Below are positions 1 through 9,629 of a stretch of DNA of 20,000 nucleotides, in pieces (position 1 is the stretch's first letter; each line of letters starts with the position of its first letter). Below the pieces are notes generated by a model. That model did not search any database and was not told the DNA's origin. It worked only from the letters and a program-made list of their open reading frames with translations. The position numbers and the translations under genes were made by a program. Where the stretch lies: contig JALJEE010001458.1 in the NCBI GenBank assembly GCA_023231475.1, forward strand, positions 52,775 to 72,774, in the 5' to 3' direction. Origin of the DNA: Seison nebaliae. Taxonomy: Eukaryota.

Positions 1-2
1 AT

Positions 3-899
3 GAAATAAAATTTATTATTTCCCATCTGCCAGAGAGTAACATTTTAACGGTATCTCGTAACTTCTATCTGGAAATTTCCAATCACAAATATGGAATCAT
101 CTCATTCGACGAAAATATGCAACCTGCAGTATCTACAAATTGTAAAAATTATATTGGGGAAAAGAACTCTGTGTTCGATTTGAGTCTTTGCCATCCAATA
201 ACTCTTGCTATAATAGTGGGAGGTAACAGAAAAAGATTGACCCATCATTTTTACAATTTAACGCTTAGAACGAATTCCACTCCACCAACCGTTCAAACGT
301 TAACGAGGAATAGCAGTCATTATTTTCACAATGATCTCTCTTCGGACAAATACCATAAAGTTCGTATAAACAATTTATTATTTGAATATAATTATATTAT
401 AAACCTTTACTGCTAATGGTAGATTAGATTAACGGTGTATAAAGGTACTGAAAAAAAAATAAGGTTCATTTTTCGAGGGGAAGGAGTCGTTGAAAAACTT
501 GGGTGGTTTTCAAAGGGAAATTTTATAGAATCTTTTTATTACGAAGCAAAGAAAAAATATAAAGAAGATCTAACGCATAATTTTGAAGATAAAAAGTTTC
601 AAATTTTGATAAATAATATGCTCAGAATTATTCGAATAGGTTTGCACTCGGCTATAGTATGTGGTTTAACACACTTGGACCTTCGGATAAGTTTAAGATC
701 TATGATAAATGTGGATATTGTGAAGAATATGACCAAGGAATATGTTGCAACGATGATCTACCAACAATCGCTTATAGCTGGAAAGGAACTGTGTATTGTT
801 AATTTATTTGGGCAAATTTCCTAATATGTTTTTTTTATTAAAACAGATCCCAATTTGGAAATGGGGACAAGTGTGATGATCGAAGGTGTTGGATATTAA
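3..899 (+). CDS. 5'-truncated uncharacterised multi-exon protein. Exons <3-359, 423-595, 640-797, 847-899; the last junction is uncertain.
   Basis: The frame is open from position 3. GT..AG introns at 360-422, 596-639 and 798-846 join the pieces into ...KYHK/IRLTVYKGTEKKIRFIFRGEGVVEKLGWFSKGNFIESF...EDK/KFALGYSMWF...CGYCEEYDQGICCNDDLPTIAYSW...EGVGY*. The pattern R-L-x-V-Y..F-x-G..WFS resembles an unnamed invertebrate module, but I cannot name a family. Confidence 0.55.
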
Positions 900-1079
900 T
901 TAACTTTAATCTAGAGAAATATATTATTTAAATAACAATAGTATTTTTATTAATTAAAAATTTTATTAAATTTATTAATAATTATCAATTTTTGAACGTA
1001 TAAAAAAAGTAAACTACATAAATTTATATAGAAATTGTTAAGTATACATTTAATTTATGTAATTAGGTATTTCTTTATT

Positions 1080-4000
1080 TTATAGGATTATATCTGAAAA
1101 ATCTTGTTTGATGCAATTAATAGCGAATAGTCGTTGAATACATAAATACATTTGATAATTCGTACGAAGTAATTTCATTTTCATTTGTTTATCGAAAGTA
1201 TTCTGTGTGAAACCAAATAACTTTTCCTATAAACACATGAAGGAATTAATTATTTCAAATAATCACTAAATGAACTAACATACATCTTGATTTTGTCTAA
1301 TCTTCCTTTCTTTCGATAATCATGAATAATATGTTCAATAAGATCCATATCGAAATAAATATCTACCCAATCTTCGGCTAAATCGTTAGTTCGTACTGAA
1401 TCGTCCAACAAAAGATCAAGTGAAAAATTCAAGTGGAAAGAACTATCCTCAAGGAATTGTGAAATAGCTACTGCCTAGGGAGAGGATAATTAACCAAAAT
1501 AAGAAACTCTTTAAAATGAACTTGATGATGTAGTTGTCGTTGTAAAGCAATTTCATATAAATTATATAGTATTATCCGATTATCCATCATTACATAAAAC
1601 TTATTCATTTTCAGTAGACAAATTGAGAGTAAGTAAGAGAAGGTTGGTGAGCGAAGTAGGAAGTCAGATTCCCTTCTAAAAGATGGCGAAGATTTTCTAC
1701 TATTCTGCCCAGCATAAATCGATTTCGATACTTCGATTGCCATCCGCATTTTATGGACAGAGGGCGAATTGAAGAAATCCTTTAAAATTTCTTCAATTCC
1801 TAACAAGATTTTCTTGATTGAAAGATATTTCCGACTGACCACTTTTATTAATGTTTCACTAATACTGGAATAACGGAAGAATTGTTCTTCTCTTCCAGTA
1901 GCGAGACAATAAAGATTTCCCAAAATTTTCAAAAGATCAATTTTTGCCGAAGACCAATCACAAATTATTGGGAAGACGACTTGTAAGAAATCTTCCATTG
2001 TATCAAGATCATTTTCTTTCTTCAGGAAATCTCTTTGCAATTGTTCATGCAAATTAGTGAGTGAATTATTCTTTAACTTTTTCGGAATATTCGCTACAGA
2101 TTTTTGACAGAACAAAGATATCAAAAAAAATAAGAGTGATCTTGCTAAGGCAATTGAGCTTCGTTTAATTTCATCAAGCTTCTCTACTGTCTCCTCAATT
2201 GTTGCTGGACCAATAATTGTCTCGTCTGTTGTTGACAGATCTTCCGTTGTTAATTCCATCAGTATTTTTGACGATTTATCTATGTCTGCTTTTACATCAT
2301 CCGATTCGTCAATCATTTCTTCGGTTATTATTTCTTTAGTCATGGTTACTTCTCTTGCAACATCATCCATTCCAATCGATTCTGTTGTTGTCATCATAAT
2401 TTTTTCTTTTTCTTCTTCATTCTCTTTTACTTTAATTGTTTCTTCTATTTTCTTTCCTTCGTCTACCTCATCCATGTGAAGCATTCGATGTGGAATTGGT
2501 CGAGATGTGATGATAAATAGACAAAGTAATTTACAGATAATTCGACGAAAGGATGGTATGTGAAATTGTTGATTTAAAATTTTCTTTGTGTTAAAATAAT
2601 CATCTTCTTTTAATGTTTTCATGTCTTTCTGGTAAATAAATGAGTGGATGAGTAAACAATATTTTTTGGATCGTATAAATCTTTTTAAAATTTCATGGAA
2701 CATTCTTTCTTCGATGGAATAAATGAGGCAATTTACTCGACATTTATCCTTCATGTGATCGACCATTGACAAAGAAAATGGGAATTCATCAAAGAAGAAT
2801 TGACGGTTTAAACGAATTTCTGATAATTTCTTATCTAACAATTTTGGAAAAAGATGTTTCGCACATTCTTTCCTTTTCCTTTTCGGTTTGGTAAATTTCT
2901 CATAAATATCGAAGAAAACTTTCTTTTTCAAAGGTAGATCGTTCTCATCAAGCAAATCTTGCTTTTCTTCTTTATTCGGATGAGTAATCTTTTGGGAATC
3001 TGATGGAACTTCATCACTTGGGAAGACAGTTTCTAACATGTTTATCTGAGAATTAGTTGTCACCATAACTTCGGATGAAGGAGGTGGAACATTTAGTCTT
3101 TCATCTCGATCCAAATGATATTGGTCGATATCTCTGTAATCAATATCCTGAGTCAATGTTGGATTGATAGGAATGAATTGATTAATTATTCTTTTAACCT
3201 TCTTGTCTGATTGTAACATTTTCTTCATATGATGAATTTGCTTTCCATTTGCTAAATAGGAAGATTTCCTTTTTTTTCGTTTAAACGACTTCTTTTCACG
3301 ATCCTCTACGAACTGAATCATATTCATTTTTTCTAATTTTCTTTTCGTACTTCGTTGCCGTCTTAATCTTTTCAATTTTATTCGTTCAACTGGGAATTTT
3401 CGACGATAACATTTGGAAGTTCTTTCACAAAAAAATCGATTAACAATATTTTCATCTAAAGAGATTTCTTTCATGTCCACACTCTTCATATTAGCCACAT
3501 TTCGTTGAATTGATACGAAATAATAGAGGGCTTGTGTCATTGATTTCCAATCACGAATATTTAGAATAGAATAAAGTTGAATGATCTTGTGCAAAACTAA
3601 TGCCAATGGAAATATGTTATCAATTCTGTTCGTTAATTTCTCATTAGAAATCGTTACCATAATTGCTCGTTTATAAACTTTTTGTAGACGTTGGAGGAAA
3701 AGATAAAGAGATTTGAAATAATGAAAAAACTGATGGTCATTCCTTCGAACGAAACTGGTGAGCAGAGATGAATAAAGAAATTGAATGAATAAATTAGACG
3801 AATAAATATTTCCGAGAATACCATTTTTAGGAATTATCGATTTGTTCGATTGATAAGCAACTTCCAATTCGAAAGAAAATAAATCAACTCCTTTCATCCA
3901 ACTACAATTGGGAGGTAAATTTTGGAAATTCAGATGATTAATTGCGAATAATTTCGTCTGGAGATGAATGTCAAGAACAAAAGCGCATATGGAATATTTT

Positions 4001-5505
4001 AGTGGAAATTTTCCGTTATCAAAAATTATCAAAGAATTATTGAAAAGTTTCTCAATGATTTGGGATGGAATGATTGAATCGATCATTATCATCTCAATCG
4101 ATTTCTTATAAATTTCACTAATTACCATATCTGAGTGAGAACCGTGTAACTTCAGTTTGGAAGGCTTATAATGATAATCAAAAGTAAATTTGACTCCTGA
4201 AAGAATTAGAAGATATTGATAATTAAATAAATTCTTCCAATTATCTTTGAAATGAGAAATTCGAATTTGAGAATGTAATTCTCTCCACATAATATGTATG
4301 ATACGAATTACTGTCAATTGTTCATCTTTCTTTTTCATCAATTCGAAAATTTCTTTGAAATATTTCAATTTTTGCATATCCAAAAAACTGCCATCCACTA
4401 TCGCCTCTTTTAACATTTTCAAGAAAAATTCGATTGGATTGGATTCTCTAAATTTCATTTTCCGTTTCTTCCGTTTCTCATCAAGAAATAATTCCCTCAT
4501 TATTCTCTTCCATTTCTTCAATTTGATTAATTGTCTCACTTCCATCATTCTCACTTGAATATTTCGATTCTCATCTGACATATTTTCTTTATATTCACAA
4601 TTTAATAATTTAACATAATAATCGATATCCTCGCAATATTTCATCAAATAAGTCTTCGTATGAAAGAATTGTTTCTCTTCTCCCTTCTTATTAATTTCAA
4701 TAAAGATTTGTTTTAATTTCATTTGACATTGAACGAAACGAGATGATGCTTCTTCGAATTGATCTCGACTTAAATGATATAATCCAATATCATAATAAAC
4801 GAGAGCAGCAAATGAATCGATCGAATATGCTTTCAACTCTTTCTCAACCATCAGATACTTTTCGTTAAACTGCGAAGAGAATGAATTAAAATTTGGACAG
4901 AAGATTTTCGATTCTTCTAATGTCACTTCCTTCAATAAATTCAATGTCTCTAATTCACATTTGATCACCTGATCCTTCACATTAGCGTTGGCTTGAGCTA
5001 AATTATTAGTGGGATCGATAAGTCCATTGATGAGTAAGGGAATCTTCAAACGATCAAGATGGACAGGCCAATAATATTTTGTGCACAATCTCAATTTCCA
5101 CTGATTAAAAATGAGTCGACTAAATTGATCGATTGATTTATCTTCTCTTTTCATTCTCTCATCATCTGTCCCACAACTGTCGTTCACTTTAAAAAGAATG
5201 AGAAGAAGATCATTGATCATAGCAACAGGTACATTCTCTTCAAACGACAATAAACTCCAATTGTAATATGAGGAAATTTTCAATATGAGAACTTTGATAT
5301 TTTCGATACGTTCATCTCTCTCATTTATCGAATTGATATTTTCATTTCTTGTTCGTTCCCTAAATTTCGTCTCGGAAATGTTGAGAGTGTAAATGAAGGA
5401 GAGTAATAAACTCCAACATTCAGTGTCAGATGTTGTCTTCAAATGCTTCAATAATTCTTCAGGAAACAAAAGAAAATGCATCAAATCTTTCTTTGGTTTT
5501 ACCAT
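1080..5505 (-). CDS. INTS8: Integrator complex subunit 8, about 1441 aa. Exons 5505-1522, 1474-1280, 1226-1080.
   Basis: The N-terminal FLLFPEELLKHL, KISSYYNWSLLSFEENVPVAMINDLL and YYDIGLYHL motifs match INTS8. After splicing out introns 1521-1475 and 1279-1227, the C-terminus reads HQAVAISQFLED...DIYFDMDLIEHIIHDYRKKGRLDKIKMYEKLFG, matching the INTS8 tail (QxAVLCQFL..YIWDVTILEYL..KRGExDKRQIAIKAIG). AATAAA lies directly after the stop (1079-1074). Confidence 0.85.
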
Positions 5506-5663
5506 TTTCTATTTATCAAATCTCTTATCGGAACATTGATCCTTTAAATAATCTCATTTTTCATTCAATCGAATAGCATTTTAGAAAAGAATTGAGAAAG
5601 AAATAAATTTATTTTGAATTGGACTCATATGCGAGTCATTGGCTCAATGAACAATTCGAAACG
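5506..5663. promoter_or_regulatory. Putative bidirectional promoter between INTS8 and MRPL2
   Basis: Only 158 bp separate the divergent start codons at 5505 (-) and 5664 (+). The spacer contains the inverted repeat GACTC-atatgc-GAGTC at 5622-5637. Confidence 0.55.
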
Positions 5664-6777
5664 ATGAATTCCATCATTATAAGCAGTAGAAATCAATTGA
5701 AATTTCTCATCACATCAGTTCGTTATCAATCAAATGATCAATCACCTTTTTATGAAAAAGTTTCTTTAGTTTATACATTTCACCAATTCTAATTTTTTAT
5801 AGAATGTGATTCTATTTGAAAGTCGGACAAAGATGAAAGATCTTCTTCAATCACCAAACCGATATACAAAAAATGGGAAATTCTATGGTGATCATAGAAG
5901 GAAAATTAATTTCAATTCATTAATAAAAACTGAACAACGAGAACAAAAGAAATTCGATATTGATATAAATGATATTAAATATCAGATAATTACTTGTCCA
6001 ACAGAAAGTACCGGCGGTTGTCATCCAATTACTGGTCGTCGACAATATCATCGTGTTCAGAAAGGTCTTCCTCGAGAATATTATTGGATCGATTATAAAC
6101 GAGGTGGTCCTACTTCTGGTCCACCTCTCATGGAACGAGTTCTCAAAATTATTCGACCACTTATCATCTCTTCCTCCATCGCTCTCGTCGCTCATGGAGA
6201 TCATCAACGATATATTCTCGCCACTGAAAATCTCAAAGTGAATGATGTTATATGTAGTAGTGGAATACTTCCGAGAGATACAATACGTGCAAATGAATGT
6301 GATTCTTGGCCAATTGCAGCTCTTCCCATTGGGACAATTATTAATAATATTGAAGCAACTCCTGGAGATGGAGGTGTCTATTGTCGATCTGCAGGAACAG
6401 CAGCAACATATACTAGACGAATTGGCGATCGTTGTATTGTGAAATTACCATCTAAATTGGAAATAAGTGTGAATGAAAAGTGTATTGTGACAGTTGGACG
6501 ATTATCGAATACGGAACATAACGAACACAAATTTTCCGGATGGGGAGAGAAAGCAAGGTTGATGGGTCGAAGACCACGATCAGGTCTCGAACAGAAGAAA
6601 ACAGGAAGATTTGGCAGAATGAATCATCCTCCCAAACCCATAAAAGTTATATAAATCTCGTTTAATTTAAATTTATTCATTTCCTCACAGATGATTAATG
6701 GAATTCCAACAGTTGAAGAACAGAAGAAGTCGAAGCCTATGAATTTTTTTCCTCATGTCAAACCATTTAAATTCTAA
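5664..6777 (+). CDS. MRPL2: Mitochondrial ribosomal protein uL2m, 341 aa. Exons 5664-5759, 5803-6645, 6691-6777.
   Basis: uL2 motifs are present: TGGxHPITGR, IALVAHG..RYILATENLKVND, LPIGTIINNIE..PGDGGVYCRSAGTAA, VKLPS, VGRLSN and GRRPRSG..KKTGRFGR. Exon 1 reads like a mitochondrial targeting peptide. Introns are 5760-5802 and 6646-6690. AATAAA follows the stop. Confidence 0.93.
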
Positions 6778-6983
6778 ATAAAGTCTTAAAACTAATAAAA
6801 TAAGTTTCGAAGAAACATGTTCGTTACATATAAAATTTTATTTCATAGATAAAATCACAAATTCAATAATGTAATAAAATAACAATATCTTCTCTAATTG
6901 CACGATTTCGTCCCAACTAAAAAATAAAGATATAATCAATATTAGAAGCTGAAATGAAAAAATTTAATGTTATTCATTTTATG

Positions 6984-7061
6984 GAACATCAGAGATCTTG
7001 GTAGTAAAATTGTAATCATGAACAAAATTCATATAGCAAATATTAAATATCATCACAAAAT
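6984..7061 (-). ncRNA. SNORD24: Box C/D snoRNA U24 (SNORD24) homologue
   Basis: On the minus strand: C box GTGATGA (7056-7050), guide AATATTTGCTA plus D' ATGA (7032-7029), C' ATGATTA (7019-7013), guide TACTACCAAGATCT plus D box CTGA (6992-6989). Both guides are antisense to the conserved 28S segment AGATCTTGGTGGTAGTAGCAAATATT. This is the same two-guide layout as vertebrate U24. Confidence 0.88.
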
Positions 7062-7231
7062 GGAACAAAAGATTTGAATAAGTAATTCGTATAAAAGATT
7101 CAACCAACCAATGTATGTAATCGAAAGATTGAATCCGTCAATCAGTGAACTAGATGGGGAGAAAAAGAAAATTTTCATTAGACTTCATACTTACAATTTT
7201 AATTCTTAATTAGATATATTATGGAGATTGA

Positions 7232-7315
7232 TTTCCTCAGTAACAAAATAAATTCGCATCATACAATTTATTATAACAAATTATCATTCCTATCATTGCA
7301 AAGCATCATAGGAAA
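7232..7315 (-). ncRNA. Box C/D snoRNA with a guide against the 28S peptidyl-transferase region
   Basis: On the minus strand: terminal stem TTTCCT/AGGAAA, C-like box ATGATGC (7309-7303), guide CTTTGCAATGATAGGA plus D' ATGA (7287-7284), C' ATGATGC (7262-7256) and D box CTGA (7240-7237). An external stem TTGTGGAGATT/AATCTCCATAA flanks it (7328-7318 with 7229-7219). The guide is antisense to the conserved 28S TTCCTATCATTG..AAGCA. Confidence 0.78.
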
Positions 7316-7711
7316 CAAATCTCCACAACGAAAGAATGAATATTAGAAAAGATATAAACCTATTAAAATGAACCAACTTATAACTTTTGATAAAATAAAA
7401 ATCTTGTAGACTCTACATTACTAAATAGTTAAATGGTATGAAATTGTATGTATAAATTCAAGAACGTTAACCATGTGATTGTAAATGGAATATGGACGAC
7501 AAATAACGACAAACCATAAGTATGGCTAACGACGACAAAATAAGTGTAGTAACCGTGACTTGTTCACTTCAAATGCTAAGCTGGACATATATCTTATTCA
7601 ATTATTCTATCTTCCAATTCAACATAATCCCCATGGAGATTATGTCAATATCTGGCAATTGCACAATTGATGCATTCTTTGTAAAACAACCTCATTGTTT
7701 GTTTGTTATTT

Positions 7712-9307
7712 ATGGGCAGATTAAGAAGACGAATTGGGAAAAAAATTTCTATATGTTTTCTCGTATTTTCAATTTTTCTTTATCTAACATTGATGAGAGA
7801 CGATATATCGGAAATTGTTGATTTAAGATTTGAAGAATATTTTTATTGTAAGATTGAAGAAAAAGTTGGAGAAAAATCTTATGAAATTCTTACATTTTCT
7901 CTGAACTGTTCGGAGGAATTGACATATTTTAAGAAATTAATTTCACCCGCCAATAATTTTAAGAAAAAGAAAAAATTTTTAATCCAACAAAAGTCAACGC
8001 AATTGCGTGAAATTTATCGAGTTCAAACATTCGCAGCTGATGGACTACTGACTAATTGGAACAAACTTTTCAAGCATAAATATATAATAGATCCTCACAT
8101 TTGGTGTTACATCGAACGGTTCTCATCGTTTATCTACAACAAATGCAATCCAAATATTTACTGCAACAAAGAAATTACAAAATGTTCGCCAAATCTCATT
8201 TTTGTACGTCCAACTTTTGAAAAAGGATGGAATTTTCGAATAGAGAATTTTCTAAATTTAACCTCAGATAATTTCCAAGTTTTATACAAATTTAAGAAGA
8301 AAGAAAAACAACAAATGATTATTAATGAGAATGAACATGAATTAGATTGTTCAACTTATTTTAACGGAAATAATTTAGATGTCATATTTCCTTTACTGCT
8401 ATCTTCAGACCAGGAAAAAGATGAACTTCTCCTTAAACAATTTCAAAAGGATGCCATAGGTCTTGGTTATTTCGTCAATAGTTTATGGATATGGAAACAT
8501 TGTCATTATTCCATCAAATCTAATAAATCGATGGAGAATTATCAGGAATGGATGAATCAAATGGGACATAAACGGAATTTATTGGAGACAACTTGGATAG
8601 GTGACAAATTGAAATATAAACATTTGGTAATTGTTGGTGATTTCATCAGTCGATTATATTTCCTACACTTATCGAAAATACTTAAAGAGTACAAGAAGAA
8701 TTGGCAATTTGAATCATCAAGGAAATCATCAAATGAGAATATGGAATTATTTCTCAAAGATTTTTCCATATCATGGTATCACCATGGTTTGCCTATTCTT
8801 CATAATTCTTATCTTAATCGAATATGGTCGATAGAAGAAATCTTCAATAATTTCATAGAATTTTATAAAAATCATGATCATCGAGTTCCATCTCATTTGC
8901 TAATCAATTTCGATAATTTATTCGCCACATTTCCCCACGATTATTACGAACACCGATTATCATCAATTGTTCATTCTCTTATTGAGCTAATGAGACGACT
9001 ACCGTATATTCGAGTAATGTATCGTGGAAGTGATCGACAAATGATGGTGGATGAAAGAATACATTTATCTCCTCTCAATTTGAAGAAGATGAATTATATC
9101 AATAAAAGTCTCGTTCAATTAATGAATGCGAAATTCGTTCGATTGATGCATCACACTCTTCGCAATGAAACTTTTCATTTGAGAGAGAGATTCATTTTTA
9201 TTTATACTTATTCTCTAACTGAACTCGACGTCAATTGTACAAATCTTTATGAAATATGTGAAAATGCACTCATACATCAACTATTCCAAATATTGCAACA
9301 TCTCTAA
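7712..9307 (+). CDS. NXPE-family (SGNH/GDSL-fold) type II membrane protein, divergent and intronless
   Basis: A basic N-terminus is followed by a signal anchor (MGRLRRRIGKKISICFLVFSIFLYLTL). The C-terminal motifs IVGDFISRLYF, SWYHHGLP and FATFPHDYYEHRLSSIVHSLIELMRRLPYIRVMYR correspond to NXPE GDSTxRQW, HGxP and FP...RR...AI..LL.RSP.T.VIIK. The first ATG is at 7712; the ORF track starts at a TTG. Confidence 0.75.
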   Translation: MGRLRRRIGKKISICFLVFSIFLYLTLMRDDISEIVDLRFEEYFYCKIEEKVGEKSYEILTFSLNCSEELTYFKKLISPANNFKKKKKFLIQQKSTQLREIYRVQTFAADGLLTNWNKLFKHKYIIDPHIWCYIERFSSFIYNKCNPNIYCNKEITKCSPNLIFVRPTFEKGWNFRIENFLNLTSDNFQVLYKFKKKEKQQMIINENEHELDCSTYFNGNNLDVIFPLLLSSDQEKDELLLKQFQKDAIGLGYFVNSLWIWKHCHYSIKSNKSMENYQEWMNQMGHKRNLLETTWIGDKLKYKHLVIVGDFISRLYFLHLSKILKEYKKNWQFESSRKSSNENMELFLKDFSISWYHHGLPILHNSYLNRIWSIEEIFNNFIEFYKNHDHRVPSHLLINFDNLFATFPHDYYEHRLSSIVHSLIELMRRLPYIRVMYRGSDRQMMVDERIHLSPLNLKKMNYINKSLVQLMNAKFVRLMHHTLRNETFHLRERFIFIYTYSLTELDVNCTNLYEICENALIHQLFQILQHL

Positions 9308-9629
9308 ATAGAAACCATCTTTTATTGTTGTTTAAACTGTTTTATTATCAGATTCATAGAAATATACTGAAAATATTATATTATTATTATTAATGAATTT
9401 GAATTGAGTGAAATTAGAAGAAGGTGAAGGAGATTAAAAATAGAAAAGAAATAGAAAAAAGCTTTAATTTAAAAGTTATAAATAGAGTTGTAGAATAGTT
9501 GAAATTGAAAATAAAAAGGAAAGTTGAATGTTGAATTATCAAATAAAACATCTAAGGTTTAGATGTCTTACGATTTACACATTACAAATAGATTGTTCAC
9601 ATTCGGTACATCAAATAAATAAACGTGAT

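Larger units (their letters stand above)
6837..7660 (-). ncRNA. Putative non-coding spliced snoRNA host transcript; boundaries are approximate
   Basis: Two same-strand snoRNAs lie here. There is an intron-like GTAAGT..polypyrimidine-TAG at 7194-7150, an acceptor TTTCAG at 6949 about 40 nt past the U24 D box, and AATAAA at 6842-6837. I found no continuous spliced ORF. Confidence 0.4.

Noticed and set aside
640..824. 3' half of track ORF 435..824
   Set aside because: It probably reads through the 596-639 intron into the wrong frame. The alternative spliced frame is Cys-rich and more domain-like.
2282..4558. Antisense ORFs 2282..2479 and 4298..4558, and similar small ORFs inside MRPL2, NXPE, CYFIP and LRRC41
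   Set aside because: They are shadow frames of well-supported genes and show no independent motifs.
6838..6948. Hydrophobic minus-strand frame LLILIISLFFSWDEIVQLEKILLFYYIIEFVILSMK*
   Set aside because: I could not join it in phase to any upstream ATG-containing exon, and T-rich DNA yields hydrophobic frames by chance.
7142..7188. Possible additional C/D snoRNA (ATGAAG...CTGA)
   Set aside because: The C box is degenerate, the span is only about 47 nt, there is no clear stem or rRNA guide, and it overlaps an intron-like signal.
7522..7821. 99-aa ORF overlapping the NXPE start
   Set aside because: It has no recognisable motif, overlaps NXPE out of frame and lies antisense to the structured RNA candidates.
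9528..9629. 34-aa N-terminal extension of CYFIP
   Set aside because: Homology starts at ATG 9630. The segment contains a possible GTT..TAG 5' UTR intron (9557-9591).
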